Of a stretch of 64,000 nt of DNA, positions 31,960 through 43,233 are shown one piece after another (position 1 is the first letter of the stretch; each line of letters opens with the position of its first letter). Below the pieces are notes generated by a model. It worked only from the letters and a program-made list of their open reading frames with translations, was not told the origin of the DNA and ran no database searches. The stretch comes from Naegleria gruberi (taxonomy: Eukaryota). The translations under genes were made by a program, and so were the position numbers. The stretch lies in the NCBI GenBank assembly GCA_000004985.1, contig GG738888.1. One strand, written 5' to 3'.

Positions 31960-32784
31960 ATGTCTGAAAAAGTTGACCTAGAAAGAGCAAAAGATTTGTT
32001 TGGCTATTTACACGAAGTAGTATCACAAGCAGAAACTAGTCTTTCCAACAAACTACGTGATGATGATGATGATTCGAATAATATTCAACTAATCCCAACC
32101 GATGAAGAACTCAATCGTTTAATCACAAAAAACTTGTGGACTCTAATCAAATCTTATGGTGTTCATATAATTCAATTATTGGCACGTTTATTGAAACTAA
32201 TTCCAACAATCTTGTTGACAATCGAAGGAGGAGCAGCCAACCCACAAATAATTGTTGGTTTGGTTAGATCAGTTTTCGAACTTATTGGAATTTCACTTAC
32301 ATTGACTGTTAATGATGGAAAGGCAGTGTTTCTCTTGTTTAGAATTGCTAAACGGGCATTACAATTGATTTTGAAACCATTGATGAAGGTAGTTTCTAAT
32401 AACAAGTTACCTAGTAGAGAGAGAGAAGAAATTACTACATTGATTAGAGCTGCTCAACCGCTTGTGGAATCTGAAAAACCAAACCAAAAACAAGCCCTCA
32501 AGTTATTGGAAACTGCTCGTGCAGTAGAAAGTCAATCAGAAGAAGATGAAGCAGGTGACAGTAGTGATAGCGATGATGAAGATTTCAATGTTCCATCTAG
32601 AAGAAGAAGATTCCACTCATCCTCCTTGGACAATAGAGCCATGTACAGGAGAAGAAATCAACCTATTTATCCAAGCTATAAGAAACCGAGAATGAAATGG
32701 TGGAAAATTGTGTTAATTGTCTTATTTACAATGATCGTTATTAGTGGAATATTTACATTTTTAAAAATAAATAAATATTTGTAA
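31960..32784 (+). CDS. tail-anchored protein of unknown function (acidic/Ser-rich middle, C-terminal TM)
   Basis: 274 aa, ATG at 31960. Internal hydrophobic stretch LIPTILLTIEGGAANPQIIVGLV, a DSSDSDDED tract, and a C-terminal TM WWKIVLIVLFTMIVISGIFTFL. Confidence 0.4.
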   Translation: MSEKVDLERAKDLFGYLHEVVSQAETSLSNKLRDDDDDSNNIQLIPTDEELNRLITKNLWTLIKSYGVHIIQLLARLLKLIPTILLTIEGGAANPQIIVGLVRSVFELIGISLTLTVNDGKAVFLLFRIAKRALQLILKPLMKVVSNNKLPSREREEITTLIRAAQPLVESEKPNQKQALKLLETARAVESQSEEDEAGDSSDSDDEDFNVPSRRRRFHSSSLDNRAMYRRRNQPIYPSYKKPRMKWWKIVLIVLFTMIVISGIFTFLKINKYL

Positions 32785-32798
32785 ATATTATAATACTA

Positions 32799-33404
32799 TT
32801 ATATTGTTATAACATTAGTTTTTCCATCCATATTAATAGAACTATCATCTAATCCTTCAACTTGTGTCAAATGTTGTGAAACTCTGCAAAATGAATGAGT
32901 AAATGAAATATATTGAACTGTCAAAAACATTAACAATTGGACAAGTAACATGAACAACACTCCATACATGATTTGCTTTTGTGAATAGTACAACAACTTG
33001 AAAAGACTCACAACACTTGTGGCAATATAAAATAAAACATTGAGAATGTGTTTTCCAAATCCAATTACTACATTCATGACAATGACATGAGTTTTAAATT
33101 TCTTTTTCCTTGGTGTGATCATGGATAAATCTTCATCTCCATCCACTTGCCATGATGGTAATAAAGAAATATTTGTTTGAACTTTGATTGTTTTATCATC
33201 GGCTACTTCTTTTCTATATAGATAAGCTGAATAGGTCAACCATAAAATTAACACAATTAACAATGAATAGGGGTAGATATCTTGTATGTAATTATAGATC
33301 AGAAAGATGGATTCAAAGGAAAGTGGTTGGAGAACGGAAAGTATTTTGAGTGAGATGGATTGTGTAGAGCAAATTCCTCGAATGACTGATGAAGCAGCTG
33401 ACAT
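32799..33404 (-). CDS. small 4-TM integral membrane protein (unknown)
   Basis: 201 aa, ATG at 33404, with four hydrophobic helices. No family recognised. Confidence 0.4.
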   Translation of the reverse strand: MSAASSVIRGICSTQSISLKILSVLQPLSFESIFLIYNYIQDIYPYSLLIVLILWLTYSAYLYRKEVADDKTIKVQTNISLLPSWQVDGDEDLSMITPRKKKFKTHVIVMNVVIGFGKHILNVLFYIATSVVSLFKLLYYSQKQIMYGVLFMLLVQLLMFLTVQYISFTHSFCRVSQHLTQVEGLDDSSINMDGKTNVITI

Positions 33405-34131
33405 TTTTTTTTTGGAATTGAAATCAAAGAAGTGTTTTCACATTATGTTTATTTGAATGATTTCACAGTGAAAATTCATCATTCAAATTATGGAGATATT
33501 GTAAAATTATCTTGAATATAACTTGAAGATGAAAATCCAATCTCCATTAGTCATCCCAATATTACTATTGACCATGCAGGACAATACTGCATTGATGGAA
33601 TTTGTCATGATGAAGTGTATGTGCTTTAATGATATTGGAAATCCTGCAAGGTAATTACTGGACAAATATTGAAAGTAATGATGAGAACGTTGTTAGGAGT
33701 GCAAATAAACAATACTAATCGAAGAAAGTGTTTGAAATGGTCAAGTACATGTTCTTGTATTTTAAAAAGTAAATTTTCAGCAACTAATATCATCATGATA
33801 ACTTTGATGAAACTATTAGGAGAGAATTTTCCCCCTGATAGAATTGATCATGCTGAACAATCCAAATATATTGTGATGGTTTTCCGAATGACCAAGTACA
33901 TCTGGAAGTGATGATAATTTTCCCAATATAAATTACTATTATATTGATAATGAATATCATTCATGATGGTTGGTATTTGTTTCAACATTGACTATTACTA
34001 CTATTCACATGATGAGGAGATGAAACGTGAAAGTATTGGTTCCTATACTTGCAATATTTTTAAAAGCTCCAATTTTTTAAAAATTGTTTTTGAAGAGATG
34101 TTGGGAAATTCACATCTTGTTGACTGACTTG

Positions 34132-36366
34132 TCATCTTCTTCTAATTTCAGAGCTTCTATCATATTCTTCTGGTCCCTCATACTGGGTAATAAAACTAAT
34201 TGTGGACATTAGTTCTTCCTCAGTCAAGCTTTCCTTTGGTAGATTTACAGACATCCATGCTGGAACACCATTTTCACAATTTACCATATGTGCATAATCT
34301 TCTAATTTTTCCTCCCATTGACGAGGTAAAACTTTGGCTATTGATGATACCTTTGAAAGATTTTTCAATAAGAATACCAACAATCTCATATTTGTATCGT
34401 CGTCATAAATTGGTGAGAGGGCAAGGAACGACTCTTGATTGGATGAATTCAATCTCTCACTTAACATGATCTTGCAACATTCCCTCATAATTTCCTTCAT
34501 TTCAAATATATGGCTCATTGAAAGAATGTAAATAAATGTCTGATCACTACACAGCCTTAAATTTGAATAATTACAATTACAAGCTTCTGAAAGAAGAATT
34601 CGAATAGCTTCTATTTTTTCAGTTTCTGCTCCAATTTCCTCACTCTTTACAAATTCAAAAACATCATAAGAAATCCTACTTGATGAATACTTTTCAAAAT
34701 ATACTGCAAGAACTGGACTCGATTTTGTTACTATTTGCTTATTGACCTGAATTTCAGTTCCCTTATCATCAATTATTAGAGTACAATCATAATTATGCTG
34801 TGAACACAACAGAATAGCATCTGACAATGAAAAAACTTGTGTGAAAATCTCTTCATTCCATGTCACTTCTATTGATTGAAATGATTGTTTGGATTCTTCA
34901 ATTCTTGAGGAAAGTTTAAGTAATTTTTCATCAGCTCCGTGAAGATATCGAACTTGAGTATAATTACTCTTAATAAAGGCAATGCATTTCTTTACAAGTA
35001 GCATGAGAATTGAATTGTGAGAATTTTTAAGAACCTTTCTCGACAAATAATCAGAAATTTGGTCAATTATTTGCATGACATTTTCTACTTGAATGAAAGT
35101 AGACAGTTTGGAAAATATGGTCTCTTTCAAATCAATTCCACAATCTCGAACATCATTCAATAAAAATAAAAATAATGTCAAACTCTTGATATCATCAAAG
35201 TACTTGGAGAGAAAGTTATCTTCATGAAAAATGTCAATACAAGACTGTTTCCCAGAATTAATATAAGGAATCACTTCACAAATGTATATGATTAATTCTC
35301 TAGATAATACCAGCTCATCACGTGAGAGACCTTTGATCAATTTTTCATTTTTGAACACTTTACAAAGGTCTGGTGAAATAATTTCAATGAGTGGAAAGTA
35401 AACTTGAAGATATGGTTCGTCCTCAATTTCCTCATTGATAACCACTAAATTATGTAGCAAGGATTTTGCATGATAATCAATTGTTGTTTTCTGGTTGGAA
35501 TATGTAACTGCAACTGTACATAAAGGGCCTACAAACACATCCAATTCCAAACTATTGTCAAAATCTAAATAGAGCCGTTCGAAATTGTCATCACCAACTG
35601 CCTCATGTGAAATAAAGTGATTTTGTGCAGTACTCCCAATTCCAAGTTTTCCAAATTGATTACTTCCAAACGATGTCAAGTATTTGTCAAAATGTAAATT
35701 GACTAAATGAGTTTCAGATGCCTCTACTTTGATTATCTTTGAATTAACACTGTTGAAATGTACAGATCCATAACAATGCTCATAGAAGAAATGAGGTAAA
35801 CTACTCCCAGACAAAGTAATCATGCCATACTTTTTCTCATACTTGTACTTCATTGATCCCCTATTAAAGTAAAAAGCAGGTTCTTCATTTCCCTTTGGTT
35901 GAGTACAATCAACAAAACCTGTCGATTTCACTCTAAAAGACTTGTATTTTGCAATTGCAAAAGGTGTATCTCCAATAATTGTCACTTTTTCCAATCCAAG
36001 TTTCAACCCGTCAAGTTTAAAAACTCTTCCATCATAGTACCAAGAAACAATTCCATCAAAATCCAAGAAAATTGAACATTGATAACCTAGAGCACAATGT
36101 CTAATACCCTTCTTGAAGATGGGCACTGGAAATCGTTTCATCTGACGATCTTGGGGTTGTAACAACTCTCCGAACGAATTCAATCCACACCCGAGAACTT
36201 GTCCCATTTGTGATCTGATGAGAACATTGTTATATTTCATTTCAACTTGAACAATTTCATCATCTGGATGATCAAGTAGATATTGAAAAAAAGGCACGGG
36301 TTGCAATGTATTTTCGTTTTGGTTAATGAAGGGAGTGAAGAAACCCTTGCCAACTCCGTATAACAT
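34132..36366 (-). CDS. RCC1-like repeat + BTB/POZ domain protein (RCBTB/IBtk-like)
   Basis: The track start is TTG; the first ATG is at 36366 (MLYGVGKG). RCC1-type motifs GCGLNSFGELL and GSNQFGKLGIG occur in the N-terminal half. A BTB-like block (..CTLIIDDKGTEIQVNKQIVTKSSPVLAVYFEK..) lies C-terminal. Confidence 0.6.
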   Translation of the reverse strand: MLYGVGKGFFTPFINQNENTLQPVPFFQYLLDHPDDEIVQVEMKYNNVLIRSQMGQVLGCGLNSFGELLQPQDRQMKRFPVPIFKKGIRHCALGYQCSIFLDFDGIVSWYYDGRVFKLDGLKLGLEKVTIIGDTPFAIAKYKSFRVKSTGFVDCTQPKGNEEPAFYFNRGSMKYKYEKKYGMITLSGSSLPHFFYEHCYGSVHFNSVNSKIIKVEASETHLVNLHFDKYLTSFGSNQFGKLGIGSTAQNHFISHEAVGDDNFERLYLDFDNSLELDVFVGPLCTVAVTYSNQKTTIDYHAKSLLHNLVVINEEIEDEPYLQVYFPLIEIISPDLCKVFKNEKLIKGLSRDELVLSRELIIYICEVIPYINSGKQSCIDIFHEDNFLSKYFDDIKSLTLFLFLLNDVRDCGIDLKETIFSKLSTFIQVENVMQIIDQISDYLSRKVLKNSHNSILMLLVKKCIAFIKSNYTQVRYLHGADEKLLKLSSRIEESKQSFQSIEVTWNEEIFTQVFSLSDAILLCSQHNYDCTLIIDDKGTEIQVNKQIVTKSSPVLAVYFEKYSSSRISYDVFEFVKSEEIGAETEKIEAIRILLSEACNCNYSNLRLCSDQTFIYILSMSHIFEMKEIMRECCKIMLSERLNSSNQESFLALSPIYDDDTNMRLLVFLLKNLSKVSSIAKVLPRQWEEKLEDYAHMVNCENGVPAWMSVNLPKESLTEEELMSTISFITQYEGPEEYDRSSEIRRR

Positions 36367-36447
36367 TTTTTTTACATTAATGTTTTTCAAAGTTCCACTC
36401 TACGTCAGTTTTGATAAATTGTACCCACAATCTTCAAATGAAAAAAA

Positions 36448-36567
36448 AAGACTACAGCACCACAGGTTCCCAAGTTGTCTCCAACCTCAGTACTGATGTG
36501 GCTCGACGATGCTTAACTTCTCAAATCGGACGGGATGAGGTGCATTCATCGTGATATGGCCGTAGCC
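36448..36567 (-). rRNA. 5S ribosomal RNA gene (copy 2, inverted relative to copy 1)
   Basis: Its reverse complement matches copy 1 at 119 of 120 positions (A to C at ...GTCGAG[A/C]CACATCAG). T-run terminator and a related 3' flank (GTGG(A/G)TACAATTTA). Confidence 0.85.
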
Positions 36568-36669
36568 ATAAACAATAGAAAAATCTTAATCATAAATAAT
36601 ACAATGTTAGGCTATAAAGCCAAATAGTTTTTTATTATGCTTTGTATTTGTTTCAAGAACAATTGAGAG

Positions 36670-37216
36670 TTAACACTTTTCAATCCATTTGGAAACAAAT
36701 TGACGATATTGTTCAGCAGTTTCTTCCAATTCTTCAACTGATTTCTTATTGGCACGATAAGTAATGAATGGTTCGCTCCATTCCAATTTACATCTGTGAG
36801 CGAGAGCTTTCAATGGATTCAACAAGTCATCGAGTGGAATCAAATTCTGACCCTCTGGAGTGTATGCCTCTTCAAAATTACCAGCTGTTACAGAAATCAA
36901 TAATGGTTTGCCCTCCAATTTCAATCCTTCCTCTCCATAACGAATATAGTACATTCTTGTGAATGTTTCATCAATCCATTGTTTCATGAAAGCTGGCATT
37001 GAGTACCATTGGATTGGAAATTGGAAGATAATTCTGTCTGCATTCAAAAGTTCTTTGGACATCAGAATTGGAATCAAACTTTTTACCATTCTCAGTAAAT
37101 AATTGATGCATGTTGATAATTTCAATATTGTCAAGAGTTGACAAGGCCTTGATCATTGAACGATTGGCTTGAGAGCTTTCAAATCTTTCGTGGAAGAAGA
37201 GGACAAGAGTAGACAT
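36670..37216 (-). CDS. flavodoxin-like NAD(P)H:quinone oxidoreductase (KefF/MdaB/NQO-like); 1-nt deletion frameshift near 37050-37062
   Basis: The N-terminal ORF is MSTLVLFFHERFESSQANRSMIKAL..NMHQLF (compare KefF 'MILIIYAHPYPHHSHANKRMLE'). The C-terminal ORF is ..ADRIIFQFPIQWYSMPAFMKQWIDETF..GKPLLISVTAG. The two frames are joined by adding one A in GTCCAAAGAAC. ATG at 37216. Confidence 0.6.
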
Positions 37217-37440
37217 TTATTTGTTTTGTTGTTGTTTGTTTTCGAATAATTGAAACATTCGAAATTAAATAGTATTTCTGAAATGTCTTCTTTTGGATTT
37301 GTGCTTGCGCTTGGCGGATTATTTTATAGCTCAAGTAAATCGAACATTAAATTTTCTATGCAATAGGGAAGTATTAATACTCACTATTCGTTCTATTTAC
37401 TGTCTATTTGGGAATGATAAGATGATAAATTGAAGGTGTA

Positions 37441-39267
37441 CTAAAACCTTCTGGTCTTTGGTACGGTAATGAAAAGTTTTGCAGCACTGAAATCTGCTTT
37501 GAGTAAGCTTTCTCTATTGATGGTATAAACAAATTGTGCATCGAATGGCATACCTGGATAATTAGCATTGGTTGACAAAAGAATAATATCATCCTTGTCA
37601 GTCTGTAAATCATTTCTAAAGGTTGCTGTGTATTGTCCACAAATGGTACCAATATATGATGGACAATTGGAAGTATGATTGAAATATTCATAATCTTCAA
37701 ATTCTTTTTTGGAATCAGCAAATACTCTTGTATCTAATGAGAGACCTAATTTCAAAGATGAATTTGCAAATTTAGTAATGGTTAATTCGTCTATTTCAAT
37801 TCCAGTAACCAATGGAACGGTTGAATTATCTTGGTAATCTTGATAAATAACATAACCATCATAAGAATCAATATTTGGTACGGAAGCATTGATTTGAAAA
37901 CTATCAATCTTGGCAAAAAAGTATAAATATCCAGATTTTGGTAATTGGCAATCAATGAATGAGCTTATTTCAGAAAAATCAATTTGTCCAATAAAAGCAT
38001 ATCTCTTTTTCCAAAGTTTGGATTTGTCAATCATGTTGGGATTTCCTCCAATCTTGGTTCTACGCCCATCGGTGGGGATTGAGGAATTGAATATGAAAAT
38101 TTCCCGATAAAAGTTAACAGATAATGAAACGGACTGTTTTAAAATCTCCCTGAAACTATTGTCACATGAATCCGTTCTCATTTTGCTTTCAACTAGTGAA
38201 TCTCTGCTACTAATATATGGATATATATCCGAAAAGAATTTGTTTTTCCATCCTTTCGAATCAAAGTTTCTAATATCTGAAAGAGTTCTACTGGTTCCAA
38301 ATGTTAAAAATAAAGGATCTTCAATCTTAGTCAAATGATAGCAATACTTCCAAATATCATCATTTTCAACAATTAAACTATTCCAATACTTGCAAACTGT
38401 TCTCATTTTCAAAAGGTCATCAACATTTCCCACAAATTTCAAAATATTTGAATGAACATCTGGTGAGATGGATGAAAAAAATGGACCTTCTCTAATTGAA
38501 ACTTGAGAAGAATCAGTATGTTGATTGAACAAATTATTAACAAGCACAGAAAGTACATTAGAAATTGAACAAATACTACTTGGAAGAGATTCAAGTAGTT
38601 CAGAATCATATTTGATAGCATTTTCAATGGCAGGTTGACCAACTGAAAAGCAAGAACAATCTCGTGTGTAATTTGAAGCAAGTTCAACAATTTCTCCCAT
38701 GACATAGCATACTATTATTTTCAAACCAACAGCAAGGACCTTCTCTTGTTTTTCAATTTGCTTTAAACTTGACAAGTTAACATTGAAATATAGAGCAATA
38801 AATCTCTCTACAGATTTTCCCTCTTCCGACTCATCTTCCATCACCTTTTCAATTGGTAAAAGAGTAGTCATTGGATATTCACCCAACCTTCCTTTCAAAT
38901 TCTTTCTACAGATTTCCATGATTAAATCATGAATATCTTGACAATGTTCCTGACTATCCATTGCATTTTCATTAGTAAAGCCATCAAGTAATTGTTTAAT
39001 GGCTTCGGAAGAATCTGTTCTCTTCAATAGTACATATGGCTTTAAATCATCAATTAATTTCAACAATAAAACCAAACCAATGGAGGCTAGAGTTTTATGA
39101 CCATGACAAGACATGAACATGTCATTATTGTGGCCAGTAGTGGGTGGAAAGTAATAGTGCTCGGCTAGATTTTTGATTAACTGATCGGCATTGAATATGG
39201 ATTGAAAAGAGGTGAGTGAACAAAAATTGATCACTGTTTGTGGAGGCTCTGTACGTGATGTTGCCAT
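37441..39267 (-). CDS. F-box protein with C-terminal DUF1963 (YwqG)-like domain
   Basis: The track start is GTG; the first ATG is at 39267. F-box-like ILKFVGNVDDLLKMRTVCKYWNSLI in the middle. The C-terminal 'TKIGGNPNMIDKSKLW..YAFIGQIDFSE' resembles the DUF1963 GG.P..W..F..QI motif. Confidence 0.45.
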   Translation of the reverse strand: MATSRTEPPQTVINFCSLTSFQSIFNADQLIKNLAEHYYFPPTTGHNNDMFMSCHGHKTLASIGLVLLLKLIDDLKPYVLLKRTDSSEAIKQLLDGFTNENAMDSQEHCQDIHDLIMEICRKNLKGRLGEYPMTTLLPIEKVMEDESEEGKSVERFIALYFNVNLSSLKQIEKQEKVLAVGLKIIVCYVMGEIVELASNYTRDCSCFSVGQPAIENAIKYDSELLESLPSSICSISNVLSVLVNNLFNQHTDSSQVSIREGPFFSSISPDVHSNILKFVGNVDDLLKMRTVCKYWNSLIVENDDIWKYCYHLTKIEDPLFLTFGTSRTLSDIRNFDSKGWKNKFFSDIYPYISSRDSLVESKMRTDSCDNSFREILKQSVSLSVNFYREIFIFNSSIPTDGRRTKIGGNPNMIDKSKLWKKRYAFIGQIDFSEISSFIDCQLPKSGYLYFFAKIDSFQINASVPNIDSYDGYVIYQDYQDNSTVPLVTGIEIDELTITKFANSSLKLGLSLDTRVFADSKKEFEDYEYFNHTSNCPSYIGTICGQYTATFRNDLQTDKDDIILLSTNANYPGMPFDAQFVYTINRESLLKADFSAAKLFITVPKTRRF

Positions 39268-39331
39268 TTTTTTTAATTTCACAATTTTCTGGAATATTTT
39301 TTCTGAGAGATTGTTACAAATAGTAAACTAT

Positions 39332-40645
39332 TTACTTGGAATAAACAACACTTCCGTTCATGATAACAGCAGAAATTGGAGGATCACACAATTCATAAAT
39401 GATATGTTCCCAATTCTTAGAGTCAACAATGACACAATCACCAACCTTTCCAACAGCCAAACTACCATGGGTTGCAGACTTTCCAATAGATGCAGCAGCA
39501 TTCAAAGTACAAGCAACAAGAGCTTCATTCAATGTCATTCTCATATTCACACAACTCAAATGCATAACAAATGGAAGTGACATACAGTGAGCATTTGGAT
39601 TGTAATCAGTTGACAAAACAACTGGAACTCCATTGTCAATCATTTTTCTTGCAGGTGGATAAGCAATTCTTAAAATATAGGCAGTTGTTGGTAAGAGAGA
39701 TGCACAAATATTCTTCTCTGCCATCAATTCAATTCCCTTATCACTCACATGTTCACAATGACTAACAGCCAATGCATCTAATTCATGAGCTAGTTCAGCA
39801 CTTCCCATTGGATTCAATTCATCTCCGTGGAAGTTGATTCCAAGTCCTAATTGTTCCTTTCCTGCTTTGAGAACTTGTCTTGTTTCTTCAGTTTCAAAAA
39901 CTCCCTTCTCATGGAAAACATCAATCAAAGTTGGACCAATTTCATCCTTTTCAATCATTTTAGCAAGGGCAGGAACTTGTTCTTCAAGAATTTGCTTGGT
40001 ATAAGCTTGCAAATTGGAATCTTTTGGAACTGAATGTCCTCCAAGATAATTACTAACAATTTCAGGAATTCCCAATTCGATATGCTTCTTATTGGCTCTA
40101 TGCAAAACCTTCAACATTTTAATTTCAGTTTCAGTTTCCAAACCATAACCAGATTTTCCTTCAATCAATGTAGAACCATTCTTCAACATGGTCTTACATC
40201 TCTTTACCAATAAATCCAACAATTCATCTTCACTCGATTCACGTGTATGTCTAACAGTAAATCCAATTCCTCCTCCCATCTTGTGAATATCCATATAAGT
40301 AGCTCCTTGCAATTTTAACACAAATTCATGACAACGATCACCACTCCAAACAGGATGAGTATGACTATCAACCAATCCTGGAATGACACTCTTTCCCGAG
40401 CAGTCAATTTCTTGTTCAAACAATTTTCCATTATTTTCATCACCATGATGATATCATGAATCCAATTCTTTAATTCCGCTTCATTTCCAATAAATACAAT
40501 TTTACCATCATGACCAATAATCATGGCCCCGGACCCTCCTTGAATAATCTCCAACTCGTTTTGTTCCTTTCCTTTTAATAATTTCTTGGAGGCATCTCGG
40601 GAAATGCAACAATTTGCTCTGCATTCTTGAGGAGTGTTTTATACA
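39332..40645 (-). CDS. hutI: imidazolonepropionase (HutI / AMDHD1 homologue); two 1-nt deletion frameshifts (~40425-40440 and ~40596-40608)
   Basis: Strong collinear similarity to human AMDHD1 and B. subtilis HutI: EIDCSGKSVIPGLVDSHTHPVWSGDRCHEF..GATYMDIHKMGGGI..GKSGYGLETETEIKMLKV..HGDEL..TDYNPNAHC. N-terminus: MYKTLLKNAEQIVAF (frame 1), then ..SRDASKK..MIIGHDGKIVFIGNEAELKNW (frame 2), then ..FEQEIDCSG (frame 3). Confidence 0.7.
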
Positions 40646-40792
40646 TTTTTTTTCAAGTGTTTTTTACAACAAGATTTGCTGTTGTGTTGGATAAGATATT
40701 TTATGGAGGATTCTCAGGATTGTAAACAAGAGGTCAAGTAATATGTAATGGAGGTAAGGTCAATGTGTTGAAACACCGAGTTGATGAGATTT

Positions 40793-41828
40793 TTAATTGG
40801 ATTTGGTTGGTGGGATGGTGAATGGAAGTTTGAATTTGATACCTAATTCATTTTCTAACAAGAGACAGCAAGCTTGTTGAGTATCGGTGGTATCTAGAGG
40901 TCTATATTCAATATTGTTTGGTTTGTAGAAAGTTTCAGCCAATTCTGGGAACTTATTATAGGAATAATCAACAATTTCAAATTCATTCTTCATGTACTTT
41001 CCATTGAAATAGTGGAATTTTCCATTATATTGTGAGGAAGAAAGAGGTTCCACCATTCTATTCTTTGCATGAATATTAGTTGGATCAAATTCAATTTGTT
41101 GGGTTTTGTAATCTGTCCAATCTTCAGTATAGAAATGCTTGTGATTTCCCAATCGATAGGCACTCTCGTGTCTATCAGCACTCAATTGCATTACTAGAAC
41201 TTTCTTTTCCTTCATGACTTGAAGAGTATGATGGAAGAGTGAACCAACCTTATTATTTGGATTTTTAACTTCACTCTCAATATTTGGATCATAAATTAAT
41301 GGATAAATTGGTGAAATCTGTACATTCATACATTTCCAATATTTGAATATTTTAATTATCAACATGTTCCGAAAATTAATTCCGATTATTAAATTCATCA
41401 TCATCATCACTAAATTACTCCACACTTACATCAACAAATACAACACCATTCTTAATCTTTTCAAAGTAAGTTTCAGGCTTTTCCAAAAACTTGTTCAATT
41501 GTCCAAAATAATTCATCAAAAAGTGATGAACAATCGAGGTGGAAAACAACTCCTCAGCATCAACAGTATTATGAAGTAACTCCCTAGAAAATAGTGTATT
41601 ATTATGAGGAGTCATCAATTGAACCGAGTAGCCAACCTTCTTCAAACGATCACACAGTTTATGTTTACTAGTCATGATATTCTCACCTTCCAATAGAACA
41701 ATCCGTGGTTCTTGTTCCGATGCATTCACTGAGGAGGAATGAAAGAATCGGAGGAGAGAGGAACAAACTTGTTGTGGCTTATTAGATTTGTGCAGCAATA
41801 GTGAATTGACGATTTGCTTTTTAAACAT
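40793..41828 (-). CDS. putative 2H-phosphoesterase-superfamily protein with mitochondrial-type presequence; exons 41828..41420, 41317..40793
   Basis: A 102-nt GTAAGT..TACAG intron joins ..KNGVVFVD|ISPIYPLIYDPN... Two H-x-T-x motifs (LLHNTVD and LFHHTLQ) about 70 aa apart. N-terminus MFKKQIVNSLLLHKSNK..LLRFFHSSS is rich in basic residues and Ser. ATG at 41828. Confidence 0.35.
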
Positions 41829-41942
41829 TTTTTTTTAAAATTGAAAATTGTAAAAGAATTTTAAATATTTAAAGTATTTAAAAAACAAACTTTTGCTAAA
41901 ATTTTGTAATGGAATATAGAACAAGTTCTAATTTTAAAAAAA

Positions 41943-43229
41943 ATGGCTCCAAAATTTACAGTGAAAGATCTTTCGTGTGATGAGTGGTTGGAAATTTGCA
42001 AGTTTTTGTCCCCTTGTGAAATGTTCAGATTGTCGCAATCTTGGAGACAGATGTATTTTCATGTGTTTAGAGAAGGAGATTCGGAAATGTTATTCGAATT
42101 GATCAAAAAAAAAGTTTCCGATGAATTTCAAAGAAAACAGAATAATAATGTATTTTTGAGTGATGAAGAGAAGGAATGGATGGCTAAGAAAGTGGAAAAT
42201 AGAAGAGATTGGAAGAATTTATTAAGAATTTATTTAAAGTTTAATTATTTGAAATTAGAAAAACATTCGAATGAATGTGTTGAATTTCTACTCTATCAAC
42301 CGTTCAATGCAATAATAACTGAATTGGATGAGAATGGGAATTGGATTCAACACATTAATTTGAACATATATCTCACTAGAAAACAAATGATAGATCCAGT
42401 TTTAATTCATGGTTACAGAGATAATGATGACAAGATCAGAGTTTTTCATTGGGAAAGACAAGATTCATCAAAACCTCCGAGAAGAAGAACATTTCGTGAT
42501 ACTATTGTTAATCATTTAGGAGTAATTGATGACCAGCGTAAGAAGCAATACTTTAGATCTCTTGTTTGGGATTGTAAGGATGGAAGAACTGAAAATCTCA
42601 TTCAAACACAAGAATTCATGATTCCCAATTTAGAAATACGAGAAACTTGTTTAGCACACCAACATGGAGGAGCTGTTTCCTTGAATTTCGGATCTTCAGA
42701 TCCGTCTGAAATAATTGTTAGAACTAATCCATTTTCTATTCGTCGTATTTTTTCAATTCGAACATTAATTAAGCAAGTATCATTTTATCATGATTTCATC
42801 ACACTTGGATTTCTGATATGGTTTGGATATAATTACCAGTACAAGTATGATTGTTTCAGACACGCCAAACAATTGTTATTCCTTCCATATAATCATATTG
42901 ATTTACAAGATCATGCTATGTATCAGCTATTTTACTCAATAGCATTTTGGAGTCTCTATTTGGGTTATGGGATTGGATTTGCGTTTCTTGGCACGTATTT
43001 TAGTCCTGGAGTAGTTACAATGTTAGTGAACTGGATTATTTACAAATATCTCGATAGTATTGAATATCCAGAAACAAGAGAACTGAGATCTCCTTGGAAT
43101 TTGCTCGCTGTTTTGGAGGCGTCTCAAACACTTTGGTGCATGGGATCTGTTGCAATATTTACAAGAAAAGTGTATACTTGGGGAAGATTTTGGAAAGATT
43201 CAATATTGGATTTAATAAGAAAGAAATAA
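41943..43229 (+). CDS. F-box-like protein with hydrophobic C-terminal half (unknown function)
   Basis: 428 aa, ATG at 41943. N-terminal F-box-like LSCDEWLEICKFLSPCEMFRLSQSWRQMY. The C-terminus has several hydrophobic/aromatic segments (FLIWFGYNYQY.., FWSLYLGYGIGFAFLGTYF). Confidence 0.4.
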   Translation: MAPKFTVKDLSCDEWLEICKFLSPCEMFRLSQSWRQMYFHVFREGDSEMLFELIKKKVSDEFQRKQNNNVFLSDEEKEWMAKKVENRRDWKNLLRIYLKFNYLKLEKHSNECVEFLLYQPFNAIITELDENGNWIQHINLNIYLTRKQMIDPVLIHGYRDNDDKIRVFHWERQDSSKPPRRRTFRDTIVNHLGVIDDQRKKQYFRSLVWDCKDGRTENLIQTQEFMIPNLEIRETCLAHQHGGAVSLNFGSSDPSEIIVRTNPFSIRRIFSIRTLIKQVSFYHDFITLGFLIWFGYNYQYKYDCFRHAKQLLFLPYNHIDLQDHAMYQLFYSIAFWSLYLGYGIGFAFLGTYFSPGVVTMLVNWIIYKYLDSIEYPETRELRSPWNLLAVLEASQTLWCMGSVAIFTRKVYTWGRFWKDSILDLIRKK

Positions 43230-43233
43230 AAGT

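Noticed and set aside
33669-33911. 80-aa ORF in the 33.4-34.1 kb spacer
   Set aside because: No recognisable domain. It is Cys/Lys-rich low complexity and lies in what is most simply a 3' UTR or promoter spacer between two minus-strand genes.
95-39282. ORF-track 'M' starts at TTG/GTG/CTG (e.g. 2731, 3720, 23186, 36390, 39282, 51882, 58857)
   Set aside because: The ORF caller uses alternative bacterial starts. For this eukaryote I moved starts to the first in-frame ATG or, where the 'start' is internal to a spliced gene, to the exon junction.
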